From contig CM022675.1 of the NCBI GenBank assembly GCA_012295275.1, forward strand, positions 15,314,001-15,378,000: a stretch of DNA of 64,000 bases, read 5' to 3'. A program made the position numbers and the translations under genes. The DNA comes from Chrysomallon squamiferum. Its lineage: Eukaryota > Animalia > Mollusca. A model generated the notes under the pieces. That model was given only the letters and a program-made list of their open reading frames with translations, did not search any database and was not told where the DNA came from. Positions 1 through 13,400 of the stretch are shown piece after piece. How positions within the stretch are numbered: the stretch's first letter is position 1; each line of letters starts with the position of its first letter.

Positions 1-1434
1 TGAGAACTCGTGCAGAGATACCAGCGGGTTTTCTGTCAAAATCAAAATTTAAAATTATTGTACATCAAAACAAAAAAGTTATAAGAAAGAGTTTGTCACT
101 CTTACAGCTATTATAAAAAGATTCTAGAAAAACCCAGTTCTAATGGCTGTTTTATAAGGTGTTAGTTTTGTAAAATGTTTAAGTGACTATTAATGGTACA
201 CTCTTTAGCCATTTCTCACACATTAAAACTTGTTGGATACCAGTAATAAAAAGTATGTGCACATCTTATTTGCTAAATAATGTAAACAATGTCAGTTATC
301 AATATTAACAATTTATAAAATGTCTTTTCAGATTTAATTTAATTTTATTTAATTTTTTACTTTTAATTGTAATTTTTAAAATAATTGTTCCTGTCTATCA
401 AAGGAAACTCGGCAGAAAAGAAAATCACAACATGAACATATCTAAACAAAAAATATACATGTTTAATTATTAGGATCCTTAAAACACCTATGTAAAAAGT
501 AACTTTTAAATTAGTGACAATAAAGGTACTACATAAAAATATGTGATTTTTTTTCCACACTTTTCTTACAACATAATCATGTTAAAATGATGAAAATTAA
601 GACAATGTAGTACTTACGTGATTTTGTATGATACATGTGCAAAGATCCATCATCACAACCTGCCTGAAAATTAAATATACGCTTTTGAAGATATTTAAAA
701 AAAAATTAAATTAAAAAACAAAACTGATTACAATATGCATGAAAATGTTTGGTAATACAAATAAATTACTTTGTAGAAGATGACTAGACACAGACAGTAT
801 TATAAATACTCACTACAATGTATGAAGTAACAAATGGAGAAATATCAATAGATGTCACAGTTACAGGTGTTTCTGTGGAGAGAAAAACATGTTTTTAATC
901 TAAGGACTTATAAGCATAGAAAAATTCTAAATTTAATTAACAAACAATATGGAATGTTCATAAACCATACAAATAATAAATGAATAATATTATTTAGATT
1001 TAAGAAGATGGATACCTATATACAAGTTATACATTTAAAATTGAGATATCATTTCACATGTTTATGACTTTTGTTTAATTAGTTTTCATAATCTGCCAAT
1101 AGAAACAACTGTTTGAGAATAAATGTTACTTATAACAACTCACCTATAACTGGGCTGTAAGTTCTGGGGAAAACACGAGATCCAAATCTAATTCCATGTA
1201 TGATGAAACCCTGAAATACAAAAAGAACAATTCAAACAATTTCTGATATAAACAAAAAGTATCAAGGACATAAATATTTTTACACCCCCCCCCAAAAAAA
1301 ACCCCCATTTATTTATAAAATAATAATAGCATGATAAAATGAATGAATGATTATAATGACAAAAGCGGTAGAAGAAGAATTTAATAATCATGAGATTACA
1401 GCTAAAAACCAATCACTAAAAAACAACACAAAAT

Positions 1435-1473
<39 letters not shown>

Positions 1474-4400
1474 GATAGTTATGAATCAGAATTAGCATAC
1501 TTTACTTGTGAAAGTGGTTAATAAAAAGCCTAATAATAATAATAATGCTGATTTGATAATATTGTTAGTAACAAGAGTGATCGTATTACAGCAGTACTGA
1601 TATAGTAAAAACTTACACAGTCAGTTGTGACATAAAAGTGGTTCAGATCTGATGGTAAAAGATGTAGCTCTTTAGTGTGCAAGTTTGTCTTCACCCTAAT
1701 TTCTCTGAAACAAATAACAAAATCATGTATTTAATGATTGCAGAAAAAACACATTAATCTGACAGAAAAAGATAATAATTTTTATAGTAAACAAACATTT
1801 GAATAAAAGTTCATCCTTAATTAGTTTTATGATACTTATTTAAAATTAAAACTCATATAGTTATATACTGACACTTTATCTCAAGATATGAAATGTTAAG
1901 AAAGAATAATGAAAACAACAAAAATTTAAATTATAAAAATTGAAAATGTTTTATTCTAAACAAAAATCAGATAAGTCTACACATGATGGAGATAATTTAA
2001 ATAGTATGATTTAAATTTATCACATTAAATAAATAAGTACATTTAGTATTCTTAGCTTCATATAGTTGTCTAAACTAGTTTTGTTCTTACTTTCGTGGGT
2101 TTTCCAAAGTTATAGATGAACTTTTCAGAAGCTTTATTCGTCCACCTGGAGCCAAACCCAGATCATGCACAGAACCAGCAGAATCTGGGTTGGCAATTTC
2201 AGCAACAACCTAAAATGATGAGAAATTAAACTGCTAGGTACCAATATTGTGCCTGCCTTCAACTTTGTATTTTTAAAAACAAGTTTACCTAATTTTGAAT
2301 CAGTGTTAAAGACTAAATAAATATTTGTTTAATGATATCCTGACAGATTTATTTAACATATGTTGTTATTATTACAGAACTTAGAAGTCATATTTACTCT
2401 ACAATATAACCATTCTATATTATTTTAGAAACAAATACTAATTTATATGAATAGTTGCTGAATCAGTTTGTCAGAAAATATTCTATTTCGTAACTTCAGT
2501 TTCTTGTATAATGAGAACACACTTGACATATTTCCACATGAAACAGAAAATCATATTTTTATTTAATATTTTAACACACTACCAGGAAGACAGATATGTT
2601 GGCAACAAATAAATAAAAAAGTTTTATTGTAATTTTAACCATAAAACAAAATAACACTTATTTTAATTTACACTTAAATAAACAATATTTTTATTTTAAT
2701 CTTACCCATAAATAAACAACACCATTTTCTTCTAATGAGGCTAACTGAAATGAAAGACCTGCATTGGAATCTGAAATTTAAAATATTTAAAGGTATCACT
2801 GGATTTAAAAATATCATAAGAAATAACTTGCTTCAGGAATTATAAATCTGGTTTATTTCAATTATGTAAAAATAATTATAACAACATAATCTATACACTA
2901 TAAAGAACATGTTAATATAGAAGGTGGTTGTATTAACGAGATTATTTGTATTGTTTAAAGGTTTACATACAAACTAATGAAGATAACATTGATCACGAGA
3001 TTCAGACAGAACAAGTTGACACCAAGGACAAATGGACTCCTGAAGATGTTGTAGATTGTGGAGGTTAGTAAATCTTCATCTGTATGGTTTAATATTTATT
3101 TAAATAACCAGTTAGTTAAAAACTACATTTGCAGGCTGGTGTTCATCTATTTGTCTCTCTGCATTTGTTTGCCTGTTTCTCTATGAGCTATACATTTTTC
3201 AACATTGTTGCAGACATCAGTTACATTATGTTTCTGGTTGCTGCTGTTCTTTTACTGTTTAAACTATGTTAAAAATATAATTAAAAATTTAATTATTGTA
3301 ACCTAAGGATCATTATTTATACACAATAACAAATGTAATTATATGATTCAGTTGTTATACGACAGATCTATTTCTATAATATATTTGGTATGTGTAAGTG
3401 TGACGGAACCTCATTAGTGCCTCTTTGCCAAACTTGTTTTTAATTGTAATTTTGTTTTCTGTGTAGTGAATTATTTAATATTCACAAAACCCTTATTTTT
3501 GTATGCCTATTTGAAGCAGAATGTCTGCTATATTTTATCTTAAGTATATTGTTATTTTACAGTAATATTTATTTAGCTATCTTGTATTATCATGTTTATA
3601 ATTCATATTTTGGTAGTTCTTAAATGTTTACCTAATTAATGGCAGAAAATGGGGGTATATACACAAAAACTAAATAGCAGAGGGTATGCAGATGTATGGG
3701 CTATTTAGATGCTGTATTCTATAATTAGGGGAAGTTCCGTTATTTTATAAACTAAGAAACACTGAGATTATCAAACTCAAAATAGGCATTAAAAGTTGCA
3801 AAGTAAATTCAGAAAGGCCATCTGCAGAGGTGTTTACTGAACGTCCGCGCGATGGTTATATAAGTAGTCGGCGCGCGTTTTGAACAAGATCGCTTTGAAT
3901 GGTGCCCTGCTTGAGACATGTTGTCTGAGGTCTATCTGCACAAAACAAAGGATCACTCAGGCAATAGTAATTATGCTTTAATATTTCTTGTATGTAACAT
4001 ATATGTTGAGTGATTGAAGATAGGTAAATCTATTACTGTTGGATTTTTATTGTGTAGTACGTACTTATGCTTAAAAACTAAGATAATGTATGTTAATAAT
4101 TAAAAGATTAGTTAGAAAGATAAAGTAATCAACTGGGCTTAATTAGTTTAGTATTATCTATCAACGCTATTTGCTTTGACATTGTATTGTTCAAATCATT
4201 CGATTTAACTATATGTTACTCTTGAGGGTTAACTTATATATATATATAGAACAATTATCCATATTGAATTCTTGTTTGTGTTATTGTTCTCTAGTGGATA
4301 CAGAATAGTCATTTAGTAGTTTAAGCTGTTTCAGATAATTAACACCTTGTCACGTGACACTATAATAATCTGCTATCCTTTAGATGGGACAAGCCACATT

Positions 4401-7400
4401 TTAGGTATTAATACCACTAAGACTAGGCACCGTGACAGTAAGCATATTAAAAGCATTTGTATATAGTTTGTTTTCCTTTTTAAAAAATCTTCTTACCATT
4501 AATATCTTCCTTTTTGTGGGTACTGAAATTAAATAAATAACGTAATAACATTAAACAAAAGTTAAACCATTCCACAAAAATATTTTATTTCTGTATTGCA
4601 AATTTAATGTAAAGAAACTCATCTTCAAAACATACAACAAGGTGAAAACAGTAAAAAGGTGTAAACATTTTAAACACAAACCAGAATTAATTTCAATGTA
4701 TTCAACCTGGCTGTTCAGAATGCTGCACCTAAATTTGATTTTTATTATTATTATTATTATTTTTTATTAATTAATGTGTTTTAATATATTTAACTAAAGT
4801 GAAAATGAGACTTCTGCAGATCTAAGCTAGGAGAATTGATAAATAAATATATTATACTCACCTAGTCAACACAGAGAATATTGGTACAATACAGTTTACA
4901 GGACTGTGGTGATTGTCACTGTCTGCAATGCCAGCTGTCAAAGAGAAAACAATACATTTTATTTGTAACAAAGTCATATTCAGCAGTTGTTTGTTATCTG
5001 AAGACACTAAAGATTTTCAAAATTCAACCAAAGAAAAGTGGTCAGTTGAGGAAAACTTTTCTTTGGCTCAACTAAATACTGACTGTCCACTGTAATAACC
5101 ACAAGCCTACTACAAATTTAACAAACCTTTAACTTTCATAAGAAAATTTACTTATAGGAAATGTATCAAGAGAGAACTAGTGTTTATAATTAAAATGATT
5201 AAAACTAGTACATTAAGAGCTGTTACAAATCAGGATATCTGTGATGTCTAAGGTAATTATACTTACTGTCAAAAACTACCAATTTTTTAAACCAAAAATG
5301 AAAAATTATTTTCAGCTTAGGATTTGGTTTCATTTATTATGTTGCCTTAAACTTAAAGCTCATGCTAGCTACTGAGTAATGTACCAGAAATGGAAAAACA
5401 AAGAATGAAGATAGCTGATGCTATCATAAAAAAAAAAAAACAACAACTGAAAGGATAAAAACTGTCCACCCAAAATACATCATCACACTAAAAAAACAAT
5501 TTCAACTTTTTAATGCTTTTATTTTTTACTTCTCTTAACTGTTAAATAGTAATAATATTTAAATATTTAAATAATTGTATTTTTTGTGGGATAATGTAAT
5601 TCCACTTAATACACTGTTTTCTATCAGTAATGATATTCATGTTATGGTATACTGCTTTAAAAATTATGTTTAGGAAAGAAATAGTTGATAAATCTGAGTT
5701 ATTTTTGTATCAGAATTGTGAAAATAGGTCTAACGGGGACATAGAGTTTAGGATATAACAACCTGTATTAAATGTAGGAAATCTAACAGGACCACATTCT
5801 GAAGACACAGACAAGTGCATTGAGGCAGCTTCTCTCAAGTCCCACACCACAACAGAGCCGTCAGTCTGAAATTTGTATTAAAACAACACTAAATTTAGCT
5901 GAGGTATTTAAAGATACCCATTAACAATAAATTTAATATTAAATAATTAGCATTTGATTAAATTTATGGCATTTTAAATATTACCTATAAAAACTGAATT
6001 CTAATAACAAAATGTTTATGACATTTTCTATTTGCAACCTCAAAATATTAACTGTAGTAGAAATATAAATTCAACAAGGATTTTACTTTTGTAATTTCCT
6101 TGTGAATAAAATTAGAACAACAATCATAGCCTAATAAATAATTTGTAGAACTATAATAATAAACAAACAGATAACACACCATGCCTGAAAAGGCGAGGGT
6201 TGCTTTTGAAGGACTGAAACAACAGCAAATTGGCTGTGAATTACAACCCAGAATCCTGAAAATATTAAATAAATATTAAAATTTCCATACAAACACAAAC
6301 TACATAACACATCATCACAGATGTAAGTAAATTGTATTTGAAAGCTAGGAAGCAGTTCATTAAATTAATATTGTTTAACCTCTGAAGAAAATTTAAAATA
6401 CAGTTTTAAAAAAATGAAAATATCTTATTAAATAATGAATGAACTAGTGAAATAAACTGGCATTAAAGATCAGAAACATTAGTTTGTAGACAGTGCAAAT
6501 TCTCATGTTATCCAAAACACAAACAAACAAACAATAATTTCAGTGATTTAATAAAACAATTTAAAAAATTAAAACAAATTTAATTTTTTTTTTTTATGAA
6601 ATAAATTTCATTCAGTAAAGAACGATGAAACATGACTTTGCTTAGGAAGTGAAATTTCTCAACCTTTTTATTTTCTTTATTAACAGAAAATTATAGAGGT
6701 ATAGTTTTTATTCTCCATGGCAGCATTTTAGTAATTTACGTATCACTTACTTTTGTGGAGTTGATGGCTCAGCAACATTCCAGACACACAACAAACCATA
6801 ATGACTTTGAGCAGTTTCTGTGCCATCCTGGCAAATATATAAATGTGTAAATAAATAAATAAATATATATAAACAGGGTAAAGCAACTTTTCATCAGTTT
6901 TCAAACTTAAAGAATATATTGTAAATATTCTACTTTATTTTGTTTTTGCTCAGTGTTCTTGAAATATAATAATTATTCAAACTTGTAATTAATAAGAAAA
7001 AAAAGAAGTAAATAAACAAATAAATAAACACAAAAATATAAAAATATTTACTGGTGATGCATTCAAATAATATGGCTAAGAAAGAGGCAACATGGTTTTG
7101 TTCCATTGTGAATTACAAAAAGGATACTTGTTATAATGTGAAGGAATTCACAAAAGAATACTTACTTTTTTTGGCATGCTGTGTAAAGTGAGAAGCATGT
7201 CTGGTTGGCTTACACAGAATGAAGCACAAACAACATGTCGACCTGGTCAGTTAAATACATAAAGTAAAAACAATTTTAAAACTATAATTGACTGAACAAT
7301 AGATACATCTGTATTTAATTCATAAGGCTTCTGAATTTACAAAAAACATAGAGCTATTTATTATTTATTTTCTTAAGTAAAGTCATCTTCATAGTTAGAG

Positions 7401-10400
7401 ATAGCCCAATCAAAATTATTCAGAGGCTTTATGATCCAACTCTGAATAAGTAACAATGAATTGTGAGTGAAAAATAAAACCTTTTAAGAATTTGTTGACT
7501 CTGAGCTGTGAATATCCTACACTAAGCTTGAAATTGGACTCAGTGTTGTGTAAGTCTGTGTCTTTCTGTGACTCTAACTCTTCCTCCAATAGTATTCCTA
7601 TGGTCTGAAAATACATTTTTACATATTAACAGCAACAAGAACAATAAATAAATAAATAAATTTATGACATATATAAATATATTTTACTTGAAGAGAAGAT
7701 TTTTTAAGCTGACCTAACAGATATTAATTAATAATTTTTTCTCATCCAGCAATTTAATGACATTGTATTAAAAATATAAACATCAGTATCATCACCTGAC
7801 TTGTTCTCTCTAGAAACTTTGCTAATCTGGATATCTCTATAAACTTTCCACTGGAAAAGTCTTTCCTTGCATCTTCAATGTCATCTCCTAAACATACATA
7901 ATTTACATAATATAAAAACATGAACAAAGAAACTGGTCATCCTACAGATTTATTTTATAACAGTGCTTTAAAATGAAATTTCTCCAAAACCCAACATTTG
8001 TAAGTAATTCTTTTTATTTATTTATTTGTTAATTGTTTGTATAATATCTTAATATGTAGACAGAAATAGATCAGAATGACAAGACAGATGAACACCTGAC
8101 TGCCAATTTTCCAAATGTGTTTTGGCAGTGTAGTTTTTAAGTAATTGGTTATTTAACAAGATATTAAACCAAACAGATGAAGATTTACTAACCTCCACAA
8201 TCTACAACATCTTCAGGAGGACTCTGAGTCCATTTGTCCTTGGTGTCAACTTGTTCTGTCTGAATCTCATGATCAATGTTATCTTCATTAGTTTGTATGT
8301 AAACCTTTAAACAATACAAATCATCACATGTTAACACAATCACCTGCTATGTTAACATGTTTTGTACATTACACAGATTATGTTAATGCTTTGTATATTA
8401 CACAGATTATGTTAACATATTTTCTATATTAAAGATTATTTTAAAATATTTTCTATATTACAGATTATATTAACATATTTTCTATATTACACAGACAATG
8501 TTAACATATTTTCTATATTACAGATTATGTTAAAATATTTTCTATATTACACAGATTACATTAACATATTTTCTATATTACACAGATTACATTAACATAT
8601 TTTCTATATTACAGATTATGTTAAAATATGTTCTATATTACACAGACTATGTTAACATATTTTCTATATTACCCAGATTATGTTAACATGTTTCCTGCAT
8701 TTCATGGATTATAATAACTGTTGGTGAGTACATATAATAGAGGGAAATTGTGTTAACCTGTTTTGTATTTGATCTGCCAAAACTTCGAATATACAGTTCA
8801 TACTCCCTGACAGGAGGCAGGTCAAACATGTCATACTGCACAAAGTCCAGTTCAACCATTGAGGCCAAATCCTCTGCTCGCTTTCTTGTCTTGCTTGCCA
8901 TTTTATGTGTCAAAACTCGCTCCTTTGCAGACACAAAGTTTATAAAACTCATTCCTCTTGTGGCTTTAGAAGGCACCTCTTTAAATCTTTCATCAGAGAG
9001 TTCAGTCTCAAAAAGATTATAAAAAATAATAATTGTAAATTATTGTTGGTATAATTAAAATAAATATTATATTTTGTTAAAATTTATTTCACATTAATGT
9101 CAAAAAAATGTTGAAGATCAAAACTGCACTAGAACTACTTCCTTATCATTTAATTTTAGACATTACTGTTCTTTGAGAACACAGCTAAGTGCTTTTCATT
9201 GATTTTGTGTGACAATTTTTCAAGGCAGGGCAGAAAGTGCTATCAATTATTGCAGTTATTATAAAAATAATCTATCAGAAGAACAAAATTTGGCAGACTT
9301 CATATGTGATTTTCACGAATGCTGTTCTCTAAAATTATATTTTAGTATTTAATATATATATTATGTTTTGTCAATGATTTTGAAACTAATAATAACAATA
9401 ACAAATTTTCAGTTAACCATATACTGGGGAAAAATAACAATACTGAAATAACATATTAAACTGAAAAATGTTAATGTAAGTGTAATAACATTTTGAAGAT
9501 GTATTTTTCAAAAGTGAGTTTGTAAATAGTTTTCATAGCAATCATGTGCAGTGACTAAATAATTTTAAAATAACTACTATTACCGAGTCCGACCAGTTAC
9601 TTCGATGAGACTCTGCTAAAAGTCTTGTGTTTTCATCATCCAGAGCTTTCAACACTTCATCCATTTCACCATCCTAAAATATAACAAAAGTCATCAGATA
9701 TATTTACACCATCCTAAAATGCAGAAAAATTATTAATCAAATTCTGATTTTTATGCTGATGTGAAAATTATTATGTAATTAATATTTTATCTTTAACAAG
9801 AAAACACAACTCCTAAGACAAAATTAGAGAAAATTAAAGTTTTATTATAAATATTGGTTAAAAAAAAACACATTATGGTTAAGTTTACACTTCATACTGG
9901 TTTGAACATGCACTAAAACATTATTTCAATGAATTTCATTCAAAACATATTGTTAAAGCAGAAATCTGCTTTATTTTTCATTTTAATTATTTACAGAATT
10001 ACTAATTATTTACTAGTGTCTTGAAAACTTATATAAAATTAATTTAAATAAACATAGAAGGAATAAGTACTGGCATTGATACTGTCATTGAAAACATACC
10101 AGACAAGACAGCAGATGTAATAAAATGGGGGAATTTGAACACAAAAGGCTTAAAAAATTAAAATGTAAAGTGAACATTTGTCCTTTTGTTAGTTACATAT
10201 TCACATAAAATTTGAGACCTTTATTTCTCATAAACAAACATATACATTTCAAAAGGGTCAAAATTTAAATAGTTTCTTTTAAATTAACAATATAAAATTG
10301 ACAAAGTAAGCTTTGGGCATCTTAGTTTCATGTACAATTCATATCACAAATTTTTATTTTTATTTAGGTATAATAAGTACTGCTTACACACAAGTAAATA

Positions 10401-13400
10401 TTGTTTATTGCAAGATGATTATTTGATATTAATAAAAAAATGTTTTTAATTATATCACTCTCACTACACACAATTACATTTAATGATTTATATATAACTC
10501 AGAACAAAGCAGTTATTAGTTTATTATCCTAATGACTAGCTCTCTTACCACTTTATCTAGGATATTTATTAACCCATTTGACCTCTAATGCAATAAATTG
10601 TAAAATAAACCATAATATTTCTGTTAATACAAATATATGATTAGAATGTCCAAAATATCTTAAATTAAATTAAACATTAACTTCCAACTTTAACAACACT
10701 GGTGCCAAATTTACACCAGTATGTATATACAAATACTGTTGGTGAAGATTAATACATGAGAAAGTGCGGTCTTTGCTGCCACATCACACAAATATTTACA
10801 TTAAGATCTATGTAAGATCCCATCTTGCTTGCAGACTCATAATCAATGGCAGACCACCATACCTGACACAAATATAGAAATAATTTTACACAGTCTGAGT
10901 TTTTGATGTACATACTATATACACTGATCAAATGCTAATAAAATTATTAACAACACACACCACAATAAATACATCAAACCCTGGGTTGACTCAACTGTAA
11001 CTAGAGAAAATGAGAACGATAAAGTAATAATAAAAACTAGTAATGTGATTTATGGAATGCTACAAAAGAATAAAAGAAATAATAATTTAATTTTAAAACT
11101 AAAACTGTTAGTGAAGAGAGCTAGTCTCACATGAACTACTGTTAGGACAATTCTCAGACAACAATAGTGTGTATATTCATCGGAAATAAAGTTAATGCAT
11201 TCTAGGTACCTTTTTCTCAATGTCATCTTCATCATCCTCAAAATCATCTTCATAATCCTATTAAAATAAAAAATCTGATTAAATAAAAATAACAGCTTTT
11301 TATAAAATTAGCTGTTGATTACAAACAACTATGTACATATTCCACAACAATAAATACTAAAAATAATAATTCTACATTGCTTGTCTGGATATGGTCTAAT
11401 GTTATTGACAAATAATTAAAGATTAAGGATTTAATTTCAAAAACATGTAGGATTGATTGTGTAAGTTACTCACTTCAAAGTCATCTTCATAGTAAGGTTC
11501 CTCCTCATCTGGCTCAGAATCTGCTTCTTTCCTCTCTGCTGAGGCTTCCTTTTAAAATCAAAATTTAGCAATAAGCTAACAGTGTAATAGACTTTCTACA
11601 CTGGTCAGTAGTAATTCAGTTATGAGAAAGACACAAATATTTGTATGAAATATGAGCTTCCAAACAGAATTTCCACAGTGTTATTGGTATTAACTGATGT
11701 AGTGAATTACTGACCAGATACTTTGAAGCCCACAATAGTGTTCTTGTAAGAATATATAAACTATATCTTGGATATGTTGGAAAACTTGGCCTTTAATATC
11801 CTAAAAGTATCATTAAGTATTTTAAGTGCTTTCTCAAAACAGATCTTAACAAAATATTGATGCTTTCTATTTCTAAAAGTGTTACCTTCAAAAAATTTAA
11901 ACATATAATTAACTAGCACAGTCCTCAAACACATTTTATAATTACACAGCATTAATCCTATGTACTGAACAAAACCAAGACATTCCAAAACTGAAACAAA
12001 TATGTATACCTGTTCAGAGTACTGCTTTCTACTTTCAAAGCTGAAAACAATAAAAATAAATATTAAAGTACCTGAACAATCATTAATTTTTACAATTATT
12101 AAACGTTTAATTTAATCTCTATTATAAATATGTGAGGAATAGTGTCTTACTACACTTCTATATTTTTCTGAAGTTTAATAATATTTCTTTTAATAATGTT
12201 TATTCTAACTTTTAAGAGATTAATAAAACTATAATGTTTTGGTACTGGTTTCTGTAATATTTATTAAAATCTTTAATCAGTTCATCATCTCCCACATTGA
12301 CTGACTACCAATCCATTTAATAAAAGGAAATGTTTAGCTTTTCAAATCTTTGAGGAAATAAAATTTCTACAGCATTATTAGAAAAACAGGTTTACGCTTC
12401 ATTATTCCATATGCATCTGTTTATTATTTTCATCTTACCTTCCATCTTTATCTCTGTTCTTGTATTTTTCTCTCTCTTCATCTCTGTGTTTATCCCGTTC
12501 TTTTTGTCCATCTTTCGCTCCTTCTCTGTGTTTATCTTGTTCCTTTCGATCATCCCTCTCCCTGTCTCGGTGTTTGTCTCTGTCTCTTCTTTCAACCCTC
12601 TCTCTATCTCGGTGTTTGTCTCTGTCTCTTCTTTCATCCCTCTCTCTATTCCGGTGTTTATCTTTTCGTTCATCCCTTTCTCTATCTCTATGTTTGTTTC
12701 TGTCTCTTTGCTCATCTTTCTGTCTATCTCGTTTTTCTTCTACTCCCTAATAAAATCCATTAATTATTTATTATTAAAATTTTATGTTTTTCAAGAAAAA
12801 TAGAATGCTCAAACCCTGAAAACTATTTTATTTGAAGTAACAGACTGGACAGAATAATATTTCTTTGCAGACAGTAAGAAGATAAACTGTTATCGAGTTA
12901 AATATTTAGTACACTGATTTAATAATAATTTGTTATTCATTTATAATTTGTATAAATTTTTACTTTTACCTGATTACCATAACAATTTGATTTATAACTT
13001 TTACAAAATACGCCATTAATAAAGTTAGTAGTGTTTTGTTGTGTTACATTTTATTGCTCTTAGGCAAGAAAATTCTATGTTATATGTTGTTATAAGGTTA
13101 CTTTTCAGCAAATGTGTATCTTAAATCATCTAATGCTGTGCGCTGAGAGATAAATAAACTGAATTACATTTTCTTTTCTGTGTTTTGAGTCTCGTCTATG
13201 CCTGTCACCTCTTTCTGCTTCCTACATAGAAATGATAGAAAAAAATTGAAACAACAATAAATAGAATGACTTAAAACAAACGAAACAAAATATAATAATA
13301 ATTAAAAAAAAAAAAAAATTTAAGAAAAAGGATATACCAAAAAAATAAAAAAGGAACAAATAGAACTCATAGCAAACAACTTACGTTCTCTAAGTGACGA

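Noticed and set aside
4707-4728. Possible 22-nt WDR60 micro-exon (ttag|GTGCAG...CCAG|gttgaa, - strand)
   Set aside because: Inclusion between exons 4934-4862 and 4522-4497 breaks the frame and gives a stop; flanking phases already match without it.
8350-8690. Regularly spaced ~32-bp repeats resembling a CRISPR array
   Set aside because: Head-to-tail units without unique spacers, inside a eukaryotic intron, with no cas genes.
12392-12803. Three overlapping ORFs (107, 130 and 96 aa), including hydrophobic + strand ones
   Set aside because: Alternative-frame and antisense shadows of the repetitive WDR60 exon 12746-12439.
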